Source of the DNA: Roseibium sp.
GTDB lineage: Bacteria; Pseudomonadota; Alphaproteobacteria; Rhizobiales; Stappiaceae
Assembly (NCBI RefSeq): GCF_051016195.1
Contig: NZ_CP134616.1
Location: 956,110 to 1,020,109 of the forward strand
Length of the DNA: 64,000 nt
Direction of reading: 5' to 3'
The stretch's first letter is position 1, and each line of letters starts with the position of its first letter. Position numbers and translations under genes: made by a program. Of the stretch, positions 41,200 through 51,636 are shown in pieces. A model generated the notes under the pieces. That model was not told the origin of the DNA. It saw only the letters and a list, made by a program, of their open reading frames with translations, and made no database searches.

Positions 41200-41901
41200 T
41201 CAGACGGCGGAATAGCCGCCATCCACCGGGTAGACCGCACCCGTTACGAATTGTGCCTTGCCGCTCAAAAGCCAGGCGACCAACGCACCCACTTCCTGCG
41301 GCTGCCCCCAGCGGCCCAGAGGCGTTCGGCCGAGGATCGTGCGTTCGCGGTCGGATTGCTCGCGCAGGCCGGCGGTCATTTCCGTTTCGATCCATCCGGG
41401 CGCAACCGCGTTGACCCTTATGCCGTCCGCCGCCCATTTCGCGGCGAGCGCCTTGGTCAGTTGCGCAACACCGCCCTTGGAGGCGGAATAGGCGGGCACG
41501 AGCGGGCCGCCGAAATAGCTGAGCATCGAGGCCGTATTGACAATGGCGCCGCCAGAGCGCTCCAGAAGCGGCCTGGCCGCCAGGCACATCCGCATCGTGC
41601 CCGTCAGGTTGACGTCGATCACCTTGCAGAAAGTCTCGATTTCGTACTCCGCCTCGCGCAGGAGGATCCCTGCACAATTGACAAGGCCATCAAGCCTGTC
41701 ATGGGTGGCGACGAGGTCCGCGATCCGGTCATCATCGGTGACATCGAGCGCGACGGCGGTCAGGTTCTCGCGCACCGGGCACGCGGCAACCTCGGCCTCG
41801 CTGACGCCGGTCGCGGTAACCGCCCAACCTTCTTCCAGAAGCGTCTCCACGACACCGAAGCCGATGCCGCGCGTTCCGCCTGTCACCAAGGCATGTTTCA
41901 T
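41200..41901 (-). CDS. SDR-family oxidoreductase
   Basis: TGGTRGIG, NCAG, YSASK, NAVAPGWIET. Confidence 0.92.
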   Translation of the reverse strand: MKHALVTGGTRGIGFGVVETLLEEGWAVTATGVSEAEVAACPVRENLTAVALDVTDDDRIADLVATHDRLDGLVNCAGILLREAEYEIETFCKVIDVNLTGTMRMCLAARPLLERSGGAIVNTASMLSYFGGPLVPAYSASKGGVAQLTKALAAKWAADGIRVNAVAPGWIETEMTAGLREQSDRERTILGRTPLGRWGQPQEVGALVAWLLSGKAQFVTGAVYPVDGGYSAV

Positions 41902-42821
41902 GCCGCCTGCCCTTCCCTCATGAACCGCAGCACATCCCGGCGTCTCGGCATGGGAGCAACCGCTCCATAGCCTTGCGTCGACAACGCGGCGGCCGCGTTT
42001 GCGTAGCTGGCCGCCTCGTAGGGATCGCGGCCGGCCGCCAATTCAGCAAGAAAGGCACCGTCGAACGTGTCGCCCGCCGCGGTCGCGTCGACCGCGGAAA
42101 CAGGTTGCCCCGGAACGCGCCTGCGTTCATCTCTCAGCGCGATCAGCGTGCCGTCCTTGCCAAGTGTGAGCGCCACGATCTCACAGCCCAGATCAAGATA
42201 AAAGTCCGCAATCGCGTCGGGGTCGGTAAAGCCCGTCAGCTGGATGGCATCTTCAAGCCCGGGTAGGGCAATATGCGCCTTGGCCATGGCAGCATGGGTC
42301 ACGGCCCGGGCGCGCTCCAGGGGCCAGAGATTGAGCCGGAGATTGGTATCGTAGGACACCCAGCCGCCGGCGTTCCGGCACAGATCCATCGCGGTGAAAA
42401 CCGCATCGGCTGCATCGGCGGAAATCGCCTGGCTTATGCCGGACACATGCAGGATACGGGCACCGGCAATATAGTCTTCGGGCAGGTCCGCAGGCGTCAT
42501 CAGGCTCGCAGCGGAGCCCTTGCGCCGATAGGTGAACGCATGGCCGTTGTCGTTGTGGCTGACAAAATAGATGCCGGTCGGCGCATCAGGATCCTGAACC
42601 ACCCTTGATGTGTCGACACCTTCCGACTGCCAAAGCTGCAGGAACTCATCGGCGAATGCATCCCGGCCGACCCGTGTCAGGTAACCGACGGACGCGCCCT
42701 GGCGCGCGGCGGCAATCGCGGCGTTGGACGTGTCTCCGCCATGTCCTTTCAGAAAACGTCCGTCCGCCTGTTCGTTGAATTCCAGCATCGGCTCGCCGAG
42801 ACAAATGATATCGGGTTGCAT
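41898..42821 (-). CDS. PfkB-family sugar kinase (KdgK-like)
   Basis: GEPMLE, GGDTSNAAIAAARQG, YDTNLRLNLW, VDATAAGDTFDG. Confidence 0.9.
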   Translation of the reverse strand: MQPDIICLGEPMLEFNEQADGRFLKGHGGDTSNAAIAAARQGASVGYLTRVGRDAFADEFLQLWQSEGVDTSRVVQDPDAPTGIYFVSHNDNGHAFTYRRKGSAASLMTPADLPEDYIAGARILHVSGISQAISADAADAVFTAMDLCRNAGGWVSYDTNLRLNLWPLERARAVTHAAMAKAHIALPGLEDAIQLTGFTDPDAIADFYLDLGCEIVALTLGKDGTLIALRDERRRVPGQPVSAVDATAAGDTFDGAFLAELAAGRDPYEAASYANAAAALSTQGYGAVAPMPRRRDVLRFMREGQAA

Positions 42822-42881
42822 TTTCCTTGCCTTTTTCGGTTTGGGCACCGGCCACGCCCGTCAAAGCGTGGCCGGGGCCGC

Positions 42882-44090
42882 TTACTGGGCTGTGTAGCTT
42901 TGTCCGACGCCGGGTATGCGCCAGATCCTGAAATTCGGGATCTCGGGATCTTCGAAATTCATCTCGCCATCCACCCAGACGTGCAGGTGGTTCGAGACGA
43001 CATAAAGCGATCCGTCAGGCCCCCAGGCGAGCGTATCCGGCCAGTTCATTTCCGGGTGATGAACGAAACGGCTTACCTGACCGGTCGATTCATCGAATTT
43101 CATCAGACCGTCGAGCGACAGGGCCGTCATGTAAATGTTGCCGGCGTTGTCCGCGGTCATGCCGTCCGTGTTCGAAGGAAGGGACGTTTCCACGCGCACC
43201 GCGTTTTCGATCACCGTCTCGTTTGTTTGAAAGTCACGCAGGATTTCCGTGGGCAGCGAATAGAGCTTGTTGCCCGTCAGATTGGTCCAGTAGACCGTCT
43301 TCTTGTCACCGGACAGCGCTATTCCATCGGCACCGGTCTGCATGCCGCCGTTCTTCAGAACGGGCCGGTCATCGATGTTGAAGAAGAAGTTGGGCTCGTT
43401 GTTGGTAAACTTGTGCTGATCGAGAATACGGCGCACCGTATTGGTCTTGCTGTCATAGACGATCAGCCCGCCGTGAAGCGGATCACAGAAGATACCGCTG
43501 TCGGCGATGTAAGCGACTCCCGTATCATTGTCCACGGCCAGGTCATTCAGGAAGGAGCACTGCCTGTCCGCCTCGTCAGCCGTGAAGACGTACCGCTGGA
43601 TCTCCTTGCCTGCGTTGATGTCCCACAGGACAAGCTTGGCGTCACCGTCTTCAAACGGAGGGCCGGCGACGTGACCCTGGTCCAGGATCCACATGACGTC
43701 ATTGCGATCAATCTCAAAGCCGAGAACAGCCTTGAGACCGGCCGCGTTGGCAATGTCGTTCATGTTCTCGTTCGGATAGGGCTCCAGCTCCCAGGTGTCG
43801 CCGTTCCTGACGAGTTTCGAGAGCGTTGCCGGTATCTCCTTTCCGGCCCACCGCGCCGTTGAAACGTAGATGTTGCCATTGCTGTCGACCTTGGCGCCCT
43901 GGACGAGCGCCTGACCGAAAATTGCGCTCTTTTCCCAGGCCGACCTGATGTCTTCTGATACGACCCTGTAGGGCAGGCTGTTCCATTCGGCGACGATTTC
44001 CGGCCGGGGCGTGTCCTTGGCGACCGCGCCACCGAGCCCTATAAAGACGGCCACGATCGCCGGCAGCGCTGCGAGTCTTGTCTGTGTCAT
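42882..44090 (-). CDS. Secreted yellow/major royal jelly (MRJP) family beta-propeller protein
   Basis: Signal peptide; MWILDQG, KLVLWDI, FLNDLAVD, YIADSG, ADGIALS, TDGM, WPDT. Confidence 0.8.
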   Translation of the reverse strand: MTQTRLAALPAIVAVFIGLGGAVAKDTPRPEIVAEWNSLPYRVVSEDIRSAWEKSAIFGQALVQGAKVDSNGNIYVSTARWAGKEIPATLSKLVRNGDTWELEPYPNENMNDIANAAGLKAVLGFEIDRNDVMWILDQGHVAGPPFEDGDAKLVLWDINAGKEIQRYVFTADEADRQCSFLNDLAVDNDTGVAYIADSGIFCDPLHGGLIVYDSKTNTVRRILDQHKFTNNEPNFFFNIDDRPVLKNGGMQTGADGIALSGDKKTVYWTNLTGNKLYSLPTEILRDFQTNETVIENAVRVETSLPSNTDGMTADNAGNIYMTALSLDGLMKFDESTGQVSRFVHHPEMNWPDTLAWGPDGSLYVVSNHLHVWVDGEMNFEDPEIPNFRIWRIPGVGQSYTAQ

Positions 44091-44115
44091 TTGAAGTGTC
44101 CCCCTTCTTTCAGCG

Positions 44116-44766
44116 TCAGATCCGGCCGTATTTCGCCAACCCCTCACGCAGGGATCCTGCCTGCATGATCAGCTTCGCCTGCTCGGCTTCGCGAATGTCG
44201 ATCTCACGCGCCATTTCAAGAATCTCCTCCGCCTGCGCGATCGGGACCACCACCACGCCGTCGATATCGCCGACAATGATGTCGCCCGGATGCACGATCA
44301 CGTCGCCGAGGGGGACCGAGACATTGGCAGCCAGCGTTTTGTGACGGCCAAGCGTCGTTCCGGGAGACGAAGACCGGGCGAAGATCTGGAAATCATAGTC
44401 CCGGCGGATCTCCGTGATGTCGCGCACGGCACCGTCGAGAACGGCGCCCTCGTGTCTGTTGGCGACGGCACCGGCGGTCATCAGACCGCCCCAGACCGCC
44501 ACGTTGGCGTCGCCTGCAATCGAGATCACGATAACGGATCCCGGTTCGCTTTCATCAATCGCATCCAGGGCATGCTGCGGCGGCACGAATTCATCTGTCG
44601 GGCCTTCAAGCACCGTGACCGCCGGACCGACGATCTTGACTTCGTTGATGCGCGGCTTGATGGCCTGATCGAGATAGCCCTTGCGGCCGGTGATCTTGTC
44701 CACCGCATCGGCAACCGAAGCCGTGGCGGTTTCGCGGAAGCCCGCGACCAGTTCCTTAAGTTCCAT
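44116..44766 (-). CDS. RraA-like / HMG-aldolase family protein
   Basis: ASVADA, VGPAVTV, AVWGGLMT, GAVLDGAVRD, PGDIIVGDIDGVVVVP. Confidence 0.9.
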   Translation of the reverse strand: MELKELVAGFRETATASVADAVDKITGRKGYLDQAIKPRINEVKIVGPAVTVLEGPTDEFVPPQHALDAIDESEPGSVIVISIAGDANVAVWGGLMTAGAVANRHEGAVLDGAVRDITEIRRDYDFQIFARSSSPGTTLGRHKTLAANVSVPLGDVIVHPGDIIVGDIDGVVVVPIAQAEEILEMAREIDIREAEQAKLIMQAGSLREGLAKYGRI

Positions 44767-44825
44767 TTCCGGTTCTCCTGATTGAAAACGTCCTTGAACG
44801 GCATTTGCGTGTTGTGTTTGCCGGC

Positions 44826-45818
44826 TCACCACCGGTTGACCCAATTGGCCGGCGGGCACCCTTCCAGGACGCGCACCAGCTCGGCGCCCGCGCGTCTTTG
44901 CAACTCGCCAACGGATGCTTCCGAATACCAGCCGCAATGGTCGCTCAGCACCGTGTTGGGCGCGTTGAGAATCGGATTTTCCCGGGCCGGCGGCTCGGTC
45001 TCGAACACATCGATCCCTGCGCCGAACAGTCTGCCTTCGTGCAATGCGTCCGCGAGGGCCGCCTCATCGACAAGGCCACCGCGCGAGGCGTTCAGAACAA
45101 TTGCGCTTTCTTTCATGAGCCCAATGCGGCGGGCGTCGATGACATTGTGCGTTGCCTCGGTCAGCGGGGTATGCAGGCTGACGACGTCGGCCTGGCGGCA
45201 CAAGCTGTCGAGATCAGTTGCCTCGACGTCCCAGGCAGCTCGTGCCTCCGCATCCAGATAAGGATCGCTCACCAGCACGCGGGAAAACCCCAGGGCGCGG
45301 AAGCGCGTGCAGGCGGCGCGCGCGATCCGCCCGAAGCCGATCAGGCCTATTGTCGCGTTGCGATGGCCGGGAACGGGGCTTTTTTGCCCGACGCTCCAAA
45401 GGCCCGCCCGCACTTCGGCATCCCGGGTCACGATCCGCCTTGCGACCGCGAGGTAAAGGGCAATGACATGGTCGCTGACTTCATTCTCCGCGCCATAGTC
45501 GGGAATGTTGGCAACGTGGATCCGGCGTTCCGTCGCGGTCTTGAGATCGACGTTGTCGACACCAACGCCATATCTCAGGATGAGCTTCAGGCCCGGAAAG
45601 TCGGAATAGAGCGCGGGGTCGATGCGGCGCTCTCGTGTGAGCACCGCAAAGACGTTCTTGTCGGCAAGGGCGGAGAGCGCATCCTGTCCGGCGGGAACCG
45701 GCAGGACACGCGCCCCAAAGGGCTGTATTGCCGCCTGCTCCAGCTCGTAGTCCGCGTAGCCCGGCTCAAGCACGGCGGCAAGCGGCGTCTCCGGTGTGGT
45801 TACAGTCTCCGCCTGCAT
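44826..45818 (-). CDS. D-isomer-specific 2-hydroxyacid dehydrogenase family protein
   Basis: RYGVGVDNVD, GLIGFGRIA, SLHTPL, NASRGGLVDE, DVFETEP, SDHCGWYS. Confidence 0.9.
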   Translation of the reverse strand: MQAETVTTPETPLAAVLEPGYADYELEQAAIQPFGARVLPVPAGQDALSALADKNVFAVLTRERRIDPALYSDFPGLKLILRYGVGVDNVDLKTATERRIHVANIPDYGAENEVSDHVIALYLAVARRIVTRDAEVRAGLWSVGQKSPVPGHRNATIGLIGFGRIARAACTRFRALGFSRVLVSDPYLDAEARAAWDVEATDLDSLCRQADVVSLHTPLTEATHNVIDARRIGLMKESAIVLNASRGGLVDEAALADALHEGRLFGAGIDVFETEPPARENPILNAPNTVLSDHCGWYSEASVGELQRRAGAELVRVLEGCPPANWVNRW

Positions 45819-45819
45819 G

Positions 45820-46833
45820 TCACTGGTTCCGGTACTTCTCAACCGCCGCGTCAAGCCTGTCAGGCCATTCCTCGCCGATTTCTCCAACGATGTATTCGCG
45901 CACGGCCGGCTGTGCCAGTTCACGGAACTTGGCTTTCTGTTCCGGGCTGACCGGGACCACCTCCAGGCCCTTTTCGCCGAGGATTGTCGCGGCATTGGCG
46001 TCCTGAGCCGCCGTCATGCCGCGATGGATGATCTTGGAGATCTCGACGCACTGGCCGACGGCCAGTTTTTCCGCGTCGGTGAGGCTCTCATAGAAATCGT
46101 CGTTGATCATGTAGGCGTGCCAGGAGAAGACGTGCCCGTCGAGGGAGACGTATTTCTGATGCTGATAGAGTGACGCGTTGACGATGTTGGTGACGCCGTT
46201 TTCCTGGCCGTCGACAACACCCTGCTGCAGCGCGCCGGGCAGTTCCGGCCAGGGCACAGGGGTCGCCGAAGCGCCCAGAGATTCCACCAGACGGGTCCAG
46301 ACCGGAGCGGTCATCACGCGCATCTTCAGGCCCTTCATGTCCTCAGGTTCGGCGACCGGAACCTTGGAGTTGGTGAAGTTGCGCACGCCATTGTCGGCAA
46401 GACCCAGGACGCGGATGCCTGTTTTTGTCCGCATATCCTCGAACATCTCCGCACCAAACTCGCCGTCAACCACGGACCAGGCCATGGCCTGATCATCGAA
46501 AAGATACGGCATGGCGAAGACGGCGAAGGGTTTGTAGACACCGGATATCGGCCCGTCATGCACAACGCCGAGCTGGATGGTGCCGAGCTGAAGGCCTTCG
46601 ATGACCTGCCCGCCGTCACCCAGCTGGGAGGCCGGATAGACCTGGACGTCGATGGAACCGGCCGTTTTGCCTTCCACGCAGGTTTCAAAGGCGAGCGCGG
46701 CCGCATGTTTGGGCGACGACATGTCAGCCGCCTGGAAATGTGCGTATTTCAGCTCTTTCGCGGAGGCCGCACCGGCCGCGGAAGCGATGGCCAAAGCGGC
46801 CGTTGCGCCCAGAAGTCGTGATGTCAGTTTCAT
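45820..46833 (-). CDS. dctP: TRAP substrate-binding protein (DctP family)
   Basis: Signal peptide; VYPASQLG, DNGVRNFT, DMKGLKMRV, ALQQGVVDGQEN. Confidence 0.93.
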   Translation of the reverse strand: MKLTSRLLGATAALAIASAAGAASAKELKYAHFQAADMSSPKHAAALAFETCVEGKTAGSIDVQVYPASQLGDGGQVIEGLQLGTIQLGVVHDGPISGVYKPFAVFAMPYLFDDQAMAWSVVDGEFGAEMFEDMRTKTGIRVLGLADNGVRNFTNSKVPVAEPEDMKGLKMRVMTAPVWTRLVESLGASATPVPWPELPGALQQGVVDGQENGVTNIVNASLYQHQKYVSLDGHVFSWHAYMINDDFYESLTDAEKLAVGQCVEISKIIHRGMTAAQDANAATILGEKGLEVVPVSPEQKAKFRELAQPAVREYIVGEIGEEWPDRLDAAVEKYRNQ

Positions 46834-46850
46834 GGTATTCCTCCCGTTTG

Positions 46851-48137
46851 CTAACTGGATAGTCCGAAGAAGCGAGGTAACGCGGTGCTGAGTGCCGGTA
46901 CGAGAATGACCAGCAGAAGAACCGCCATTTCCGCCGCGAGAAGCGGAAGAACGGCGCGGGACAGGCCTTCGATCCTGAGACGGCCAACCGTCGCGATGAC
47001 AAAGAGCACAGGGCCGACCGGCGGCGTGATCATGCCGATGGTGAGGTTGAGGACGAGCATCATGGCGAACTGCAGCGGATCGATGCCGAACTGTGCCGCG
47101 ATCGGGCCGAGCACCGGTGTCAGAATGATCAGGGCCGGAAGCGTGTCGATGAAAAGACCGCAGATTAGCGCGAAGCCGGCAAGCAGGAAGAGAACGGTCA
47201 ACCGGTCCGATGTCAGGCCCGCGATCGCGGCCGCCAGGCTCTGCGGGATTTGCAGGTAGGTCAGCAGCCAGCCGAACACGGATGCCATCGCGACGATCAA
47301 AAGAACCGATGATGTCGTAACGCTGGCCCTTACGAGAACGGTGTAGAGTTTCTGAAGGTTGAGCGAGCGCATCGCCAGGCCAAGAAGAAGCGCATAGGCC
47401 GTGGCGACCGCACCGGCCTCGGTCGGCGTGAAGATGCCTCCGAGAATACCGCCCAGGATGATCAGCGGCATGAGCAGAGCCGGTCCGGCAGCAAATGCGC
47501 TTCGGGCGACTTCCGGCACCGCGGCCCGGGTTTCACGCCCCCGGTAACCTTTCCTGACCGAAACGAGATGGTTTGCGGCGGCAAGGGCCAGTCCGAGCAT
47601 CAGTCCGGGAACGATCCCGGCCAGAAACAATCCGGCCACCGTCACGCGGTTGTCGGAAATCGCGAAAATGACCATGAGGATGGACGGCGGAATAATCGGA
47701 CCGATCGTTGCCGTCGCCGCCGACAGGGCTCCGGCATAGTTGGCCTCGTAGCCGGCCTTGCGCATCATGCGCATGACGATGGCCGATGGCCCGGCTGCGT
47801 CCGCGAGCGCTGATCCGGAGATGCCCGCAAACAGCATGGACACCAGAACGTTCACATGTCCCAAACCGCCCCGGATATGCCCGACCAGGTCATTGGCAAA
47901 GCGCAAGAGGGCCGCCGTCAGTCCGCACGCCGTCATCAGCTCCGACGCCAGGATGAAAAAAGGAACGGCCATCAGCGGGAAGGAGTTGATCCCGCCGAAC
48001 ATGCGCTGCGGGATCAATAACGGGTTCAGACCGCCGTCGATGAGGATAGCTGCGGTCGAGGCAACGCCCATCGTGAACACGACCGGCAGGCCCAGAGCCA
48101 AGGTCAGGAAAAACAGGATGATCAGGGTCTTGGCCAT
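46851..48137 (-). CDS. dctM: TRAP large permease
   Basis: AVPFFILA, FAGISGSALADAA, IGPIIPPS, TPTEAG, GMITPPVG. Confidence 0.94.
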   Translation of the reverse strand: MAKTLIILFFLTLALGLPVVFTMGVASTAAILIDGGLNPLLIPQRMFGGINSFPLMAVPFFILASELMTACGLTAALLRFANDLVGHIRGGLGHVNVLVSMLFAGISGSALADAAGPSAIVMRMMRKAGYEANYAGALSAATATIGPIIPPSILMVIFAISDNRVTVAGLFLAGIVPGLMLGLALAAANHLVSVRKGYRGRETRAAVPEVARSAFAAGPALLMPLIILGGILGGIFTPTEAGAVATAYALLLGLAMRSLNLQKLYTVLVRASVTTSSVLLIVAMASVFGWLLTYLQIPQSLAAAIAGLTSDRLTVLFLLAGFALICGLFIDTLPALIILTPVLGPIAAQFGIDPLQFAMMLVLNLTIGMITPPVGPVLFVIATVGRLRIEGLSRAVLPLLAAEMAVLLLVILVPALSTALPRFFGLSS

Positions 48138-48643
48138 CAGGAGGGGTCCTCCTGATCGTCAAGGGCTGCCTCTGCCTCGAACTCTCCTGCAACAAAGCGC
48201 CGGCACACGAATGCGAGGTGGCAGAGAAACAGGAAACAGCCGAAAGGTATGGCCATATAGGGGATGCCGCGCGAAATGCCGGTCGCCATGGTCTCCTTGT
48301 TCCAGCCGAACTCCACGAACAGGATGCCGAACCAGAAGATCAGTCCCATGAAGACTGCCATCACCAGGACCGCACCCCAGCGGATCGCGGTCTTGAGACC
48401 GCGCGGCAGGAGAGAAACAAAAAGATCGATCTCGACAAGACGGCCGCTTCTGAGCGCAAGGCCCGCGCCGGCGAAGACACCAAAGATCATCAGGAAACGG
48501 GCGACTTCCTCACCCCAGGCGAGCGAGCTGCCGAACAGATAACGGCCGGCGACATTCGTGATCACGATGAGGAAAACCGCAGCGAGCGCTGCCACGACCA
48601 GAGCGCGGTTGACTGCAATCAGGATGCGCTCGAACCGCGCCAT
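48137..48643 (-). CDS. dctQ: TRAP small permease
   Basis: Four TM segments; WGEEVARFLMI. Confidence 0.9.
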   Translation of the reverse strand: MARFERILIAVNRALVVAALAAVFLIVITNVAGRYLFGSSLAWGEEVARFLMIFGVFAGAGLALRSGRLVEIDLFVSLLPRGLKTAIRWGAVLVMAVFMGLIFWFGILFVEFGWNKETMATGISRGIPYMAIPFGCFLFLCHLAFVCRRFVAGEFEAEAALDDQEDPS

Positions 48644-48707
48644 CTGTCCCCTCCCTCAGATCCGGGATCGCGGCCAATCGCCCGATCGATCCCCCTTGTT
48701 TTCACAA

Positions 48708-48733
48708 CTGGCATACTGGCATACAGTATGTCA
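48708..48733. promoter_or_regulatory. GntR-type operator in a divergent promoter
   Basis: TGGCATAC-A-GTATGTCA palindrome (48717-48733) overlapping a tandem CTGGCATA repeat. Confidence 0.6.
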
Positions 48734-48805
48734 ACAACAAAAATACTGTACACAAAACGCCGGTGCGCGCTATAAGCCCGTTGAACCGGAAGGAATCGAA
48801 GACGC

Positions 48806-49450
48806 ATGCTGAAGATCGAGCGACCCAAATCATTTGCGGAACAGGTTTCCGATGTCCTGCGTGCGCAGATCATCAGCGGCGAGCGCGACATGGGGGAAGC
48901 GCTGTCGGAGACCAAGATTGCCAAGGAGCTCGGCGTCAGCCGGACACCGGTCCGGGAAGCGTTTGCGCGTCTTGAACTGGAGGGGCTGGTTCATACCGAA
49001 CCGCAGCGCGGCACGTTCGTTTTCACGCTCGACCGGTGCGCCCTTGTCGACATTTGCGACGTCCGCGTCTGCCTGGAAACCGCAGCCTTGCGCAAGGCCA
49101 TGGAACGCGATCCGGACGGACTGGTAAAGAGCCTGGCCGACATCACCAAAAAGATGACGAAGGCCCGCAAGAAAGCAGACGACCGGCAGTATCTCAGTCT
49201 CGACACGGAGTTTCACCAGAAGCTGTTCGACCACGCGCAGAACATGTTCCTGAACGACGCGTTCCAGACGATCGCGGCGAAAATGGCCTGTCTCAGGAAC
49301 AAGCTGGGCAATCACCCGGACCACATGGAAAAATCCTACGGTGAACACATCCGGATCTGCGAGCTGCTGGCCGCAGGAAAGACGGAAGAAGCCAGTGACG
49401 TCATGATCAGCCACATCGGCCGCAAGGAAGGCTCCTACTGGAACAATTGA
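48806..49450 (+). CDS. GntR-family (FCD) transcriptional regulator
   Basis: LSETKIAKELGVSRTPVREAF; DTEFHQ; EHIRI. Confidence 0.9.
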   Translation: MLKIERPKSFAEQVSDVLRAQIISGERDMGEALSETKIAKELGVSRTPVREAFARLELEGLVHTEPQRGTFVFTLDRCALVDICDVRVCLETAALRKAMERDPDGLVKSLADITKKMTKARKKADDRQYLSLDTEFHQKLFDHAQNMFLNDAFQTIAAKMACLRNKLGNHPDHMEKSYGEHIRICELLAAGKTEEASDVMISHIGRKEGSYWNN

Positions 49451-49516
49451 GAGACGGGTGGGCGGTCAGGGGGTATGAACTGACGTCAAGACGACCCGTC
49501 GCACCCGTGGTGCCGC

Positions 49517-50005
49517 CTACTTCACCGAGATGCAGGTGCAGCTTGCCCGGCTGAAGACGTCCTGCGACACGCTGCCGAAAGTCGAGCGGTCCGAAGGCGT
49601 GACGCCGCGGGCGCCCATGACGATCGTGGCAGCCTCGAGCCGCTTCTGCGTGCTCAAGATCGCATCAGCCGGCTTTCCGGTCAGAATGGGCAGTTTCTCG
49701 AAATCAACGCCATGGCCGCCGGCCTTTTCGGCGGCGTGATCCAGAATGATCTGGCCAATCATTCTAAGTACCTTGTCGGGGGCCGGGCCGAGATTGGCCG
49801 AAACAGCCTTGGTCAGGATCTTGTGCAACGGCGCATCGAACTGGCCGGAAACATCCAGAGCCATCAGATCGCTGGCGTCCTTGCCTCTCAGAAGCACATG
49901 ACAGATCAGAAGCCGCCCCTGATACTTCGCCGCCAGATCCGAGGCAATTCTCAGCGCCTTTATCGAGTGAACGGACCCATCCACCGGGATCAGGATCTTG
50001 TGCAT
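49517..50005 (-). CDS. Universal stress protein
   Basis: KILIPVDGS, GKPADAIL, IVMGARG, FGSVSQDV. Confidence 0.88.
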   Translation of the reverse strand: MHKILIPVDGSVHSIKALRIASDLAAKYQGRLLICHVLLRGKDASDLMALDVSGQFDAPLHKILTKAVSANLGPAPDKVLRMIGQIILDHAAEKAGGHGVDFEKLPILTGKPADAILSTQKRLEAATIVMGARGVTPSDRSTFGSVSQDVFSRASCTCISVK

Positions 50006-50253
50006 GTCATCTCCACTCTCGCCATGCCCGATAGCTTAGGCAAAACGGGGGTGGATATGAAGACTTGGGTGAATAGGGGAGGTTTTCGAAGTTGGCTTTG
50101 ACCACCGACAAAAGAACCGGGGCACCTGCACGCTCCCGCACTCCCCCCTGCGGTGCGGGTTAACCCGAAATGGTTCTCGTAGGCTGATCCCCGGTCAATG
50201 TGCTTGTCATTCCGGCTGACGCGCAGCGGAGGAAGAGTTAAGATTTATGGGCA

Positions 50254-51636
50254 TCAAAGTGTCGCCGGAAATGCATTTGCCGATTGAGCGTAAGCGGTAT
50301 CAGCCAACAGTTGTTTTCTGCGCGCAAGCGTTTCCTGCCAGTCTTGCGCCTCCCGATCCTTGAAGAACGACGCGTCAGGTGCAAGACGTCGAACGGCGTC
50401 CTCGACTTCATTGAGGCTCACACGAAAGAACTCTTTTCGCAAATTCGACATATTGATGCGCTTGTCTCCGAATTCGCGATGCAGCGCTAACTCCAAAGCT
50501 GGTGCTTCCTCGGAATAGATCATTGCATGGGTGTCAAAAGAAAATGGCACACTGGCGTCTCCAAGCTCCCGCACGCGATCATTTGGGTCCAGCCGTCTCG
50601 TTAGTCCGATCTTGACGACGTCCTCTCCGAATGACCCCACGTTAGAAACAATGTAGACGTATCCCGACTTTGTCAGTTCTGCCATCGCTCGGGCGCGTTC
50701 ACCGGTCGCATGTGCCTCCGCGAGAGATGTCTCCAACTCCGCGATCTTGTTTCGAAGCCGCTCATTGTCGACGTCGACCTCGGCCTCCTTACGCGCCTTC
50801 GCGAGCAAATCTTGATATTTCTGCTCTTCCTTGTCTGCCTTTTCCGCTTCAGCGAGAAGCTTTTTCTCTTCACGCTCGGCCCGGGCCAATTCCACCCGCT
50901 CATCTCGCTCCTGTTTGAGTTGTTCACGGTACTCATGCGTCAAGCGAAGTTCTTCGATTTTCAGCGCAACATAGGCGTCGTTGATCACGAGGTTCATCGA
51001 AGAGTTCGAGGCATCGATTGCAATAACCGCCTTAAGGACCCGGTTCTCCATCGCGATGACATTGTTCCATCGAGTATTTGCTATTGCTGCCTCACATTCG
51101 TTGTTGAACGCCCGCATAGTCAGGCGCATCTGACGATTGATCATGGTCTTTCCCTTCGACAGACTTCCATCAACGGTCCAATTGGTTGGACAAATGCAGG
51201 CATGTTTAGAAGAGACCATTGCTTTCTGCCGTCTCCGAACAGTTTTGATGCGTTCCTTAAAAGCTTCGCTGTCATTGAAATCAAAATGCGGCTCATACAT
51301 GCCGAGTTCGGCGAATGACAACCGCTCGTCGTACACAGCTAATTCGTGCTGCAATCGATCAAACGTAACCTTCTTCTCGGCATACGAAGTACGCAGCTCC
51401 TCAATCCTGCTTTGTTCTACGACAGTCTCTGACCTTAATCGTTCGAGTTCGGCTTCCTCAGAAATCAGGCCACCGTACTTATCTTCTAGCTTGACCGCCC
51501 GCTCCTCTAACCCGTCGATGATTGCGATCGATTGCTTTCTGGAGTAGCGCAAAATGATCCATGTCCAGATCCAAGCAACGAGCAGAACTGGTGCAGCGGG
51601 AAGCCAAATGAAAAGGAAAATGACACCGGGTTCCAT
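50254..51636 (-). CDS. DUF4041 / T5orf172 (GIY-YIG-like) domain protein with an N-terminal TM helix and coiled coil
   Basis: GAGGA RBS; RAFNNEC, SGYVYIVSNVGSFGEDVVKIGLTRRL.P.DRV.ELGDASVPF.FD.HA, RKEFF. Confidence 0.88.
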   Translation of the reverse strand: MEPGVIFLFIWLPAAPVLLVAWIWTWIILRYSRKQSIAIIDGLEERAVKLEDKYGGLISEEAELERLRSETVVEQSRIEELRTSYAEKKVTFDRLQHELAVYDERLSFAELGMYEPHFDFNDSEAFKERIKTVRRRQKAMVSSKHACICPTNWTVDGSLSKGKTMINRQMRLTMRAFNNECEAAIANTRWNNVIAMENRVLKAVIAIDASNSSMNLVINDAYVALKIEELRLTHEYREQLKQERDERVELARAEREEKKLLAEAEKADKEEQKYQDLLAKARKEAEVDVDNERLRNKIAELETSLAEAHATGERARAMAELTKSGYVYIVSNVGSFGEDVVKIGLTRRLDPNDRVRELGDASVPFSFDTHAMIYSEEAPALELALHREFGDKRINMSNLRKEFFRVSLNEVEDAVRRLAPDASFFKDREAQDWQETLARRKQLLADTAYAQSANAFPATL

